Translations under genes and position numbers: made by a program
Source of the DNA: Takakia lepidozioides
Lineage: Eukaryota > Plantae > Bryophyta
Reading direction: 5' to 3'
Length of the DNA stretch: 64,000 bases
NCBI GenBank assembly: GCA_030704615.1
Contig: CM060734.1
Span: forward strand, 54,002,001 to 54,066,000
Shown here: positions 1 to 10,612 of the stretch, one piece after another
Layout of the letters: each line of letters opens with the position of its first letter
How positions within the stretch are numbered: the stretch's first letter is position 1
The notes under the pieces: generated by a model
The model's input: only the letters and a program-made list of their open reading frames with translations
The model's database searches: none
Told to the model about the DNA's origin: nothing

Positions 1-595
1 TCTGGTCGGGCTTCACCCCTTCCCCCATCATTTGCTCATAGGTCTCCAAAGCATTCCTACCACACCCATGCTTGGTAAATCCTGCAATCATTATATTCCA
101 CGTGATCAAAGATCGTTGAGGCATTCTGTTAAACACTTGGTGAGCATCCATGATGCTCCCGCACTTAACATACATGTTGACAAGGGTGTTGAGTAGAAAA
201 ACATTTGGCGTGAATCCACTTTGGATAATGTGAGTGTGCACCTGCTTTCCAGCTTCCAGGCCTTTCATCTTGATGCACTTATGCAAGAGACTGACATACG
301 TATCTGAATCTGCTGAAATGCCTCCTTGGTTTAGAGTCTGTAGAGCCTCTTTCAGTCTGCCTGCCTCACAAAGCATCTTCACATGCCCAGAAGTGCCAGA
401 AGTTGCATTGTGGACTACTTCTCTTGATCCTCTTCCAGAAGCTGTGCTCATGGTTGAGGTGCCTGATTTTATCAACTGTGCCGCTGCAGCTGCTGCCTTC
501 AGTTGACCATCTACCCATGCAGGTTTCTTGTAGCTATTGATCCACAGGGAATCATAGGTAATCTTGTGCTTGAAATCTGGCCCTTTTGGATGAAT
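1..595 (-). CDS. PDF-motif/PLS-PPR(-DYW) gene copy 1, 5' part of main exon (runs off window start)
   Basis: Near-identical reverse complement of 4713-5310 ([18 protein letters not shown]...[11 protein letters not shown]...first PPR motifs). Confidence 0.8.
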   Translation of the reverse strand, partial: MHPKGPDFKHKITYDSLWINSYKKPAWVDGQLKAAAAAAQLIKSGTSTMSTASGRGSREVVHNATSGTSGHVKMLCEAGRLKEALQTLNQGGISADSDTYVSLLHKCIKMKGLEAGKQVHTHIIQSGFTPNVFLLNTLVNMYVKCGSIMDAHQVFNRMPQRSLITWNIMIAGFTKHGCGRNALETYEQMMGEGVKPDQ

Positions 596-2200
596 CTGGA
601 CCCACACTCTATCCCTGCTCCTTCAGCTATCCATGCCTCTGCACAAATCATGCATACATTCTTGCCTAGCTGCTAGCAGCTGACAATGACAGCCTAGATT
701 TGTTCTAGGAAACACCCAACTCAACTTATCACACTAGTTCCTATGCCAATTGCATCCGCTACTCCCTGTAATCCAACAGGCATTCACCTTCTTGCCTCGA
801 TTGTCCTACCACTGACTTGGGTCAGAAAAGTGTTCATTCCACAGCTTCTCCTCGCCTCTGTAACCTGTTTCTGGATACTTTCCTGTTGTCACATTGGACA
901 GTATCATGTCAAAGTCACTCCAAACTACATTCACTCAACCAGCTAACTTGCAGAATTCAACATGAAAATTTAGGGCCGATTCTGATAAGAGGAAAGACAC
1001 GGTGAAATGTGTTGAAGAAGGTGCCTTCATTAGCAGTGCCTGATTTTACCAATTGTGCCGCCGCTGCTGCGCCTTCCAGTTGACCATCTACCCATGCAGG
1101 TTTCTTGTAGCTATTGATCCACCGGGAATCATAGGTAATCTTGTGCTTGAAATCTGGCCCTCTTGGATGAATCTGGACCCACACCCTATCCCTGCTCCTT
1201 CAGCTATCCATGCCCCTGCACAAGTCATGCATACATCCTTGCCTTGCTGCTAGCAACTGACAATGACAGCCTAGAATTCTTCCAGCAAACACCCCACTCA
1301 TACTTATCACACTAGTTCCTATGCTGACTTGCGTCTGCTTCCAACAGGCATTCACGTTTTTGTCTCCATTGTCCCACCATTGACTAGGGTTGGAAAAGTG
1401 TTCATTCCAAAGCTTCTCCTCATCTCTGTTATCTGTTTTTGGATACTTTCCTGCTGCCACATCGGCAGTGACTTGTCAAAGTCACTCCAAACCACCACAG
1501 ATCCACCCACCGAGCTAACTTACAGCATTCAATATGCAAATTCAGGGCCGAGTCTGATGAGAGGGCAAAACAGGCTGAAATAGGTCGAAGAAGAAGGTGC
1601 CCTCACCACATTGTCCTTGACCTTGACCCATGGAGAATTTGACCGACCATCAACCCAAAAGGACCTCTTGTGTGTGCTGCTTGTGTCTGTAGTCAGGTAA
1701 CGTCGGATTGGTCTGTGAGAACCACCACGGTGCAGCTGAGCAGGCAGAGATTGAAACACGGCCTGCTAAGACCAAGCTGACTCTAGAATACCAAATCATG
1801 GTACTAACAGGAGCCAAGAGGCCACATTTGCAGGATGGACAAACTTCTTCACGTGTACATTAAGAAAAAGCCAGACCTTGCGATTGCGGTTGTCCCACCA
1901 TCGTGAAGGATCTTTAAAAAACTCATGCCAGCTCTGCTCCGTGCTCCAAGGTAGAGGTTTGTGCTCGAAAATCCGACAGCATCAACATTTCGACAAGGTC
2001 CTTTACTGAGGGGTGCTAGTGAGCTTTCAACAACATTCATGCAAGTTGTTTTGGGCTCCATTGGGCTCTACACGATGAGGAACAACGATTATGTCCAGAC
2101 TTACACAGATGCTAACCCAGCTTATGTTTGCAGTCTGGAGATTGTAGAGTGGTCTCTGAAAACGAACAGGGAGGAAGGCGCTGAGCAGACAGAGTCTTTT
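596..2200 (-). pseudogene. Upstream PDF-motif exons and introns of PPR copy 1
   Basis: Half-exons WHEFFKDPSRWWDNRNRK (~1877-1935), KLWNEHFSNPSQWWDN (~1355-1450) and IHPRGPDFKHK (~1040-1172). The proximal half-exon has TGG>TAG (QW*DNR, ~807). Confidence 0.65.
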
Positions 2201-2822
2201 ACCTAAGTATCTCTTTGCCTGATCTCCTCCAAGCTGTTGTTCTGGGAGGGTCGTTCGGTTGTTTGGTTGTATAGCTTCTGTCTCCTACTACTTGTTCTTT
2301 GGGAACTTCACCCATTGTACATGTTGTAAATAAAGTCTGACAGGGTTTGATCATTTACCGTGGCATTCCAATATGTAGTCGTTCAAAAAATATAAATCAG
2401 CCAAAGCCAGTGGACATCAACGGGGCTGTCCGAAAGGTGTCTATTGCATACGGGGCCCCACATGGCTATTGCCTGCCTCGGGCAATTGCATGTGGGGCCC
2501 ATTTGGCGGCTGCGTTAAAGCGCTAACCGCTAGGAGCCATCAGAACGGGCACGACGACGAAGCGGTGGTCGATGTAGGGCCCCTGACCACTGCCACATTG
2601 GAAGAGCACAGTAATATACTCGTTGAAAGTTGGGTAAAAGCACACGTTCTTGAGCAGAGTTTGGAGTTCGTTGGTCCTCATCCTGTAGAGCCCAATGGAG
2701 CCCAAAACAACTTGCATGAATGTTGCTGAAAGCACACTAGCACCCCTCAGTAAAGGACCTTGTCAATATGTTGCCGCTGTCGGATTTTCGAGCACAAACG
2801 TCTACCTTGGAGCACGGACCAG

Positions 2823-4712
2823 AGCTGGCATCAGTTTTTTAAAGATCCTTCACGATGGTGGGACAACCGCAATCGCAAGGTGTGGCTATTTCAAATGTGG
2901 GCTCTTGGCTCCTGTTAGTACCATAATTTGGTTTCTTCCTGATGTTTACAAGGTTCTTCTTGGGAGAGTCAGCTTGGTCTTAGCAGGCCGTGTTTCAATC
3001 TCTGCCTGCTCAGCTGCACCGTGGTGGTTCTCACAGACCAATCCGACATTACCTGACTACAGACACAAGCAGCACACACAAGAGGTCCTTTTGGGTTGAT
3101 GGTCGGTCAAATCCTCCATGGGTCATGACACAAGGTGAAGGACAATGTGGTGAGGGCACCTTCTTCTTCGACCTATTTTTTTTGCCCTCTCATCAGACTC
3201 GGCCCTGAATTTGCATATTGAATTCTGTAAGTTAGCTCGTTGGGTGGATCTGTGGTGGTTTGGAGTGACTTTGACAATTTGCTGCCGATGTGGCAGCAGG
3301 AAAGTGTCCAAAAACAGATAACACATATGAGGAGAAGCTTTGGAATGAACACTTTTCCGACCCCAGTCAATGGTGGACAATGGAGACAAAAGGTGAATGC
3401 CTGTTGGAAGCAGACGCAAGTCAGCATAGGACCTAGTGTGATGAGTATGGTTGGGATGTTTGCTGGAAGAATTCTAGGCTGTCATTGTCAGTTGCTAGCA
3501 GCAAGGCAAGGATGTATGCATGATTTGTGCAGAGGCATGGATAGCTGAAGGAGGAGGGATAGAGTGTGGGTCCAGATTCATCCAAGAGGGCCAGATTTCA
3601 AACTCCAGATTACCTATGATTCCCTGTGGAAGGAAAGCTACAAGAAACCTGCATGGGTAGATGGTCAACTGGAAGCCGCAGCAGCAGCGGCACAAGTGAT
3701 AAAATCAGGCACTGCTAATGAAGGCACCTTTTTCAACACATTTCACCCTGTTTTCCCCTCTTATCAGAACTGGCCCTAAATTTCCATGTTGAATTCTGCA
3801 AGTTAGCTGGTTGAGTGAATGTAGTTTGGAGTGACTTTGACATGATACTGCCAATGTGACAACAGGAAAGTATCCAGAAACAGGTAACAGAGACGAGGAG
3901 AAGCTGTGGAATGAACACTTTTCTGACCCCAGTCAATGGTGGGACAATCAAGGCAAAAAGGTGAATGCCTGTTGGATTACAGAGAGTAGCAGACACAATT
4001 GAGCATAGGAACTAGTGTGATAAGTTGAGTTGGGTGTTTCCTAGAACTGTCATTGTCAGCTGCTAGCAGCAATGAATGCATGATTGTGCAGAGTCATGGA
4101 TAGCTGAAGGAGCAGGGATAGAGTGTGGGTCCAGATTCATGCAAAAGGGCCAGATTTCAAGCACAAGATTACCTATGATTCCCTGTGGAAGGATAGCTAC
4201 AAAAAACCTGCATGGGTAGATGGTCAACTGGAAGCCGCAGCAGCAGCGGCACAATTGATAAAATCAGGCACTGCTAGTGAAGGCACCTTCTTCAACACAT
4301 TTCACCCTGTTTTTCTCTCTTATCAGAACCGGCCCTAAATTTCTATGTTGAATTCTGCAAGTTAGCCGGTTGAGTGAATGTAGTTTGGAGTGACTTTGAC
4401 ATGATACTTCCAATGTGACAACAGGAATGTATCGAAAAACAGGGAACAGAGATGAGGCGAAGCTGCGGAATGAATACTTTACTGACCCCAGTCAATGGTG
4501 GGACAACCGAGGCCAAAAGGTGAATGCCTGTTGGATTACAGAGAGTAGCAGACGCAATTGAGCATAGGAACTAGTGTGATAAGCTGAGTTTGGTGTTTCC
4601 TAGAACAAATCTAGGTTGTGATTGTCAGCTGCTAGCAGCAAGGCAAGGATGAATGCATGATTTGTGCAGAGGCATGGATAGCTGAAGGAGCAGGGATAGA
4701 GTGTGGGTCCAG
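2823..4712 (+). CDS. Upstream exons of PPR copy 2 encoding tandem OSB-type PDF motifs (spliced; some degenerate)
   Basis: AG/GT-bounded half-exons, e.g. 4425-4519 (GMYRKTGNRDEAKLRNEYFTDPSQWWDNRGQK|gt), splice in phase to ag|[11 protein letters not shown] at 4713. The unit repeats about every 560-580 bp (3299/3576, 3866/4135, 4425/4713), with a diverged first unit at 2823/3036. Confidence 0.65.
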
Positions 4713-6695
4713 ATTCATCCAAAAGGGCCAGATTTCAAGCACAAGATTACCTATGATTCCCTGTGGATCAATAGCTACAAGAAACCTGCATGGGTAGATG
4801 GTCAACTGAAGGCAGCAGCTGCAGCAGCACAGTTGATAAAATCAGGCACCTCAACCATGAGCACAGCTTCTGGAAGAGGATCAAGAGAGGGAGTCCACAA
4901 TGCCTCTTCTGGCACTTCTGGGCATGTGAAGATGCTTTGTGAGGCAGGCAGACTGAAAGAGGCTCTACAGACTTTAAACCAAGGAGGCATTTCAGCAGAT
5001 TCAGATACGTATGTCAGTCTCTTGCATAAGTGCATCAAGGTGAAAGGCCTGGAAGCTGGAAAGCAGGTGCACACTCACATTATCCAAAGTGGATTCATGC
5101 CAAATGTTTTTCTACTCAACACCCTTGTCAACATGTATGTTAAGTGCGGGAGCATCATGGATGCTCATCAAGTGTTCAACAGAATGCCTCAACGATCTCT
5201 GATCACGTGGAATATAATGTTGGCAGGATTTACCAAGCATGGGTGTGGTAGGAATGCTTTGGAGACCTATGAGCAAATGATGGGGGAAGGGGTGAAGCCC
5301 GACCAGATCACGTTTGTGTGCGTTTGCAATGCATGTGCAAGCCTGGGAGCCCTGGAAAAGGGCAAAGAGGTCCATGGCGACATCGTCAAAGCTGGAATTG
5401 TACCAAATGTGATTCTGAACAATACCCTCGTGGACATGTATGCCAAATGTGGGTGCATCGAGGATGCAAAGGGAGTGTTCGACACTATGGCTGAACGAAA
5501 TAAGGTGTCGTGGAGTGCGATGATTGCAGGATATGCACAGCAACGGCGCGGGATGGAGGCTTTGGAGACGTATGAGCAAATGATAGGGGAAGGGGTGAAG
5601 CCCGACCACATCACGTTTGTGTGCGTTTGCAGTGCGTGTGCAAGCCTGGCAGCCCTGGAAAAGGGCAAAGAGGTGCATGGCGACATCCTCAATGCTGCAA
5701 TTATACCAAATGTCATCCTGAACACTGCCCTGGTGGACATGTATGCGAAATGTGGGAGCATGGAGGATGCGAAGGGAGTGTTCAACAATATGGCTGAACG
5801 GAATGTGGTGTCGTGGAGTGCGATGATTGCAGGGTATGCACAGCAGGGGCGCGGGATGGAGGCTTTGGAGACGTATGAGCAAATGATGGGGGAAGGGGTG
5901 AAGCCCGACCGCATCACGTTTGTGTGCGTTTGCAGTGCGTGTGCAAGCCTGGCAGCCCTGGAAAAGGGCAAAGAGGTGCATGGTTGCATCGCCAAAGCTG
6001 GAATTGTACCAGATGTCATTCTGAACAATACCCTCGTGGACATGTATGCCAAATGTGGGTGCATCGAGGATGCAAAGGGAGTGTTTGACAATATGGCTGA
6101 ACGAAATGTGGTGTCGTGGAACGCGATGATCGCAGGATATGCACAGCATGGTTGTCATAGGGAGGTCGTGCATCTATTTGAAGATATGCAAAAGAACGGC
6201 TTGAAGCCGAACAGTATCACCTTTATATGTGTTCTCTCTGCATGCAGCCACGCTGGCCTACTGAATGAAGGAAGACGCTACTTTGATTCCCTGAGTCAAG
6301 ATCATGGTGTCACTCCGACAGTAAAGCACTTTGGCTGCATGGTGGACCTTCTTGGACGTGCGGGACAACTGGATGAGGCAGTGGACCTGATCAATAAAAT
6401 GCCAATCAATCCAGATGTTCTGATGTGGAAGACCTTGCTTGGTGCCTGCAGAATCCATGGCAATGTGGAGATGGCTGAATGTGTGGCAACATCTATCCTC
6501 AAGTGGGATGAACAGGATGCCGCGACTTATGTGTTGCTCTCAAACATCTACGCTGCAGCTGGCAGGTGGGATGATACTGCAAAGGTGAGAAGAATGATGA
6601 AGGTCAGAGGGGTTAGAAAGGAGCCAGGTCGCTGCTGCATTGAGGTTGGCAAGAGGGTGCACACCTTTGTTGTAAGGAAATCCATGCTGAGCTGA
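4713..6695 (+). CDS. PLS-class pentatricopeptide repeat protein (C-to-U editing factor type), main exon of copy 2; frameshifted just after the PG box
   Basis: L-S-P triplets ([32 protein letters not shown]), P2-L2-S2, E motifs ([26 protein letters not shown]) and PG box KEPGRCCIE. Confidence 0.92.
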   Translation: MHPKGPDFKHKITYDSLWINSYKKPAWVDGQLKAAAAAAQLIKSGTSTMSTASGRGSREGVHNASSGTSGHVKMLCEAGRLKEALQTLNQGGISADSDTYVSLLHKCIKVKGLEAGKQVHTHIIQSGFMPNVFLLNTLVNMYVKCGSIMDAHQVFNRMPQRSLITWNIMLAGFTKHGCGRNALETYEQMMGEGVKPDQITFVCVCNACASLGALEKGKEVHGDIVKAGIVPNVILNNTLVDMYAKCGCIEDAKGVFDTMAERNKVSWSAMIAGYAQQRRGMEALETYEQMIGEGVKPDHITFVCVCSACASLAALEKGKEVHGDILNAAIIPNVILNTALVDMYAKCGSMEDAKGVFNNMAERNVVSWSAMIAGYAQQGRGMEALETYEQMMGEGVKPDRITFVCVCSACASLAALEKGKEVHGCIAKAGIVPDVILNNTLVDMYAKCGCIEDAKGVFDNMAERNVVSWNAMIAGYAQHGCHREVVHLFEDMQKNGLKPNSITFICVLSACSHAGLLNEGRRYFDSLSQDHGVTPTVKHFGCMVDLLGRAGQLDEAVDLINKMPINPDVLMWKTLLGACRIHGNVEMAECVATSILKWDEQDAATYVLLSNIYAAAGRWDDTAKVRRMMKVRGVRKEPGRCCIEVGKRVHTFVVRKSMLS

Positions 6696-7006
6696 GAAGA
6701 TTGTCTGGGCAGATGAAGGAGGTGGGGTATGTGCCTGACACTCGCTTTGTATTGCATGATGTGGGGGAGGAGGAAAAGGAATTTTCTCTTTGCCACCACA
6801 GTGAGAAGCTGGCCATTGGTTTTGGGCTGATCAGCACGACCCCTAGGACGCCTCTGCGTCTCATCAAGAACCTTCGAGTGTGTGGTGACTGCCACACCTC
6901 CACCAAATTCATCTCAAAGATTGTTGGCCGAGCAATTGTTGTACGGGACGCTAACCGCTTTCACCACTTTGAAGATGGGATTTGTTCTTGTGGGGATTAC
7001 TGGTGA
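6675..7006 (+). pseudogene. DYW cytidine-deaminase domain of copy 2, out of frame with the PPR tract
   Basis: HSEKLA (HxE), CGDCH (CxxC), terminal CSCGDYW*. Detached by a 25-bp deletion relative to copy 3 (25135-25159). Confidence 0.9.
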
Positions 7007-7675
7007 AAGGATGTTTTGTTGGAAAGTTGCGAGTGTCCTACTTCATTCATTGATCTGTGTAGCTACTCAGATCATCCACCATTTCCTGAGAGTATTGACC
7101 ATGATGTACTGTTAAGTGCATTTCCTGTGGCATATCCACGGGAAATGATAGTGGGGTCTACCCGGCATAGTTTGGAAAGTCAGCCCATAATTACACTTGA
7201 CTGAAGGGGTGACATTGGACTGACTTTGGTGACAGTGGATGGAAATCAGAGTGCTGTCCTAATTCTGGGTTTGGTTGGTGGAGCTTCTCCAAAGCTTGAA
7301 GATGGAAGTGAATACAAATTTTGATGAGCTTGATTAGCCCTGTGCACAAGTTTGTTCAGCATCTTAAATTTGGACATGTTTGTTTGTTTCTTGTGGTGTG
7401 GCTTTGGATGGAGCCCTTGACGAACTTGCATAATAATGTCAAAAGCTAGCTTTAACCCACCAAGATCCAATCCCATGGTGGCTGCTTGAAAGTTCAAGTA
7501 GTGATTGTAAGGGTATTTGGGTATGTTGTTATTGATCGATTCGGCTTGACTCCCTCACACTATAACATCGGTTTGTGCATGTTGGAGTTCAAGGTTGGGG
7601 CACAGAGGCCACCCACTTCAGAACACAATGGCTACAGTTGGAGACCAGATTTGGGAGCATGTATGAAACAACCTT

Positions 7676-8220
7676 TAAACCCTAAACCTTAACCCTGGAT
7701 CATAAACCCCAAACCCCAATCGGGGTCAATGAAGAAGAGGTGGAGTGGATAAAACGTGAGTGACATGGTGAAGGTCAATGAGGGATTATTTATGAAGAAG
7801 AGATGAAAAAACCGAGCTCCGTCGTGAAGCTGAAGGAAACTTGTAACTTTGATGAAGAGGTGAAATAAAAGTGGAAGTGTCATTGTGAAGCTTAATGAGG
7901 GTTCAATTTTGAAGAAGAGGTGAGAAAAAAAGGAGGGACATGGTGAAGGTCAGCGAGGGTTCAATTTCGAATTGAATTTCGAATCAGAGGTGACAAAACT
8001 GGAGCGACAAAGATGGCCAACAAGGCTTCGATTTCGAAGAAGAGGTGAAAAAACTGGAGTGTGAGATGGTGAAGCTCAACGAGGATTAACAAATGAACAT
8101 ATGTTTCCAGAACTCTTCTACTGTGCCATCTCCTATGTCGAGGCCCAAGTGCGACCTCTAGTGTAGCTTATGCCGTCGGCCAGAGGTGAGAAAAAAGCTG
8201 TTGCGACATCTTGAAGGTCA
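7676..8220. repeat. Degenerate telomere-like motifs followed by an imperfect ~60-bp tandem repeat
   Basis: taaaccctaaaccttaaccc, then recurring gaagaagaggtga...gtgaag(g/c)tcaa..gaggg units. Confidence 0.6.
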
Positions 8221-8239
8221 ATGTTTCTCAGGGAATTAA

Positions 8240-8993
8240 CCCTTAACTTCCTCGCGACCCGTTTCAGGTTGCACTGTTTGAATGAACCATCCTAACTTAT
8301 GCAGATGAAGTTTTTTTACATTCATTCAATCTGAGCATGCCATTTGGAGCAGGCATGCGACCTCCAGATTTTTCTCAAGGGACGAGATCAGAAAATTTTT
8401 GGTTGGAGGGGCCATTGAAGCATATTAGGTTAGGGATGCCAGAACTGTTTGATGCTACTAGACGCATTTGAAATTCGGTTTTCACTGATAGATCCTATTG
8501 AATTTTTCCTAGTGTAAGACGACCTCTCGAGTCTCACCGCAGGGATTTGTGTAATTATGGTTTTTGGGACAACATGTTTTGGAGGAAAGCTTCAGGCTTG
8601 AGGGGTGAACATGTCAACCCTCACCAAAACACATACAAAGCAGCCTATGCAGTAAAATTTTGGTTTGATATGAAATTTGGAATGCACTTTGCATTTGTAC
8701 TATGCTGGGGTAGCCCTTTTGGAAAATTTCAAAAGCGCCTTAACATGTATGGTCAATGCAAATAAAGGATTTTTTCAGACCCAAAAAAAAGAAAACGTCT
8801 CCAAAAAAACATTATAATCTCTCAAACTCAACGGTGATCCTAAGATTTGGGGAGATGGTGTAAAGGTCATGTAGGTATGTATGTGTATGGTCAATTTTTG
8901 TGGATGAATGCTGGTAGGTGGGTAGCCTCCCGTTAGTTCTAAGGGGTAGTAGTTTTGGGGAGTGAAAAAATTCACCTTGTAGGAAGTTAAGGG
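8240..8993. mobile_element. Non-autonomous piggyBac-like MITE (754 bp)
   Basis: Perfect 13-bp TIR CCCTTAACTTCCT / AGGAAGTTAAGGG, flanked by TTAA (8236-8239 and 8994-8997). Confidence 0.8.
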
Positions 8994-9238
8994 TTAAGCT
9001 TGCGTTGACGCAAGCTTAATCCCAGCCCCTGTTGGCACATGGGAATTTTTTTTTTTTAAACAATTAAAAAACAGAGCCCTAACAAACTGCCCTGTTCGTG
9101 CAGGGAAACGGGCTTGGAAATAAGCTTGCATTGACACAAGCTTCATCCCAACCCCTCTTGGCACATTGGAATTCAACAATGAGTGGGATTGCAGGGCCTC
9201 ATTGGGCAGGAAATTAAGCCAAGAATCCCTCCGTCCTT

Positions 9239-9571
9239 TTGGAATTCTTCGAATCTTTCGAATCCGCAAGAATTCTTCATGCTCGGGTGACAGGAACTAT
9301 GGTAGTTCCTTCACCTGGTTATGGTCGGGTGTATACCTTGGTCATTTGTGGGTCTGTTGTACATGACATGGTATATCAAGTGACGGTGGGGAATTTTTTA
9401 GATTGTGCTTGCCCCAATTTTGTGTGCATGCGTGAGGGCAGTCTTGGGAAGAGAGGGAAATGGAGCCTCTGCAAACATCTTTACTACATCTACTTGCGTA
9501 GGATGTTTTGTGACCCCCAATTCATTCACCAGCTGACACTTGGTGACAGCGAAGTGTACACTCTTTTGTAG
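9239..9571 (+). pseudogene. SWIM zinc-finger C-terminal fragment of a MULE-like transposase
   Basis: YQVTVGNFLDCACPNF...CKHLYYIY matches the SWIM CxC-xn-CxH signature. Confidence 0.7.
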
Positions 9572-10612
9572 CGTGACACTGGCATTTCTGAGTAGTGTGG
9601 CCTATGATGTAATTGAAGCCATGTCACTACAGCTTCAAAAGATTGAATCTTGTCGTAGATATTCAGTAAGACTATGCTTACCCTTAACATTTTGTTGTGT
9701 CATTCGCCCTCACCTTTGTCGGCGGAGTACAAATGAACCTTGAGCAATGCAGATTTCTGTCTTTCAAGAAAATGCATGAAATAGTTCAGCTGTCCTTGTA
9801 TCGCGCGCTTCTTTGTCCACAGTCCCTCCATCACGTGCTCATGTGTCCCGTTTCTAGCACCAATGGCATGGCTGTAGACTGCGTCTTCCTGCCCATGCGT
9901 AACTACTTCCACAGTAATAGGACCTCCTCGTGATGTTCCTTGTTAGAGGGCCTGCTTCTCCCTCTTCTAAGCCCTGCGCTCACACTTAGTGGGCAAACCG
10001 TGAGCCCAGCTCGAAGGCTCACGGGGTTGGGTGTGACTCACACCGTAGCGTCACTCACCCCAACATTCATCATACTCCATTCAAAGCTGAAAAAAAAAAC
10101 CAGACTGAGTGCAACATACAAAAGGTAAAAAAAAAAATTGTAATCACAAAGCCGATATGCTCAATCTTTTGCGCCTCTCCACATCAATGATCCAACCGCA
10201 AAAATGAAACCCCTCCCATAGCAAATACAACATGGCGCACCCTAACGCCATAACTGCTACCTCGAAACACTCCCCTCTAAGTATTGTTCGCAATCGCAGT
10301 ATTGCTCCGCACGTTACTGTGACCGGTATGGCATCAGTTTGGGTATGTTTGGAACCCTAAGTTCTACACACGCCCAGGGTATAGGCTGCATGACACACCA
10401 GCCGGGGTGGTTTTGGCATACCCTTACCTATACTTTGCACATACCCCGCCTGACTGGCACAGACCAGCACAACATTGGTTAGTACATATTTTAGTGGGCT
10501 CTACACACGCAGGGCCCCAAATAACCTGCAAACACGAACCAAGATGGATCATTAATAGAACAACTAGCTGAGATGAATCAAGCCCCCTAGGGATAAAACT
10601 GCAAGTTCGTGT

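Noticed and set aside
5112-6173. Long antisense ORFs over PPR tracts (also 23096-24639)
   Set aside because: Shadow frames of the repetitive PPR coding strand.
6600-7006. U-to-C (KP-type) editing domain
   Set aside because: It has a PG box, HSEKLA and a DYW end, typical of C-to-U enzymes.
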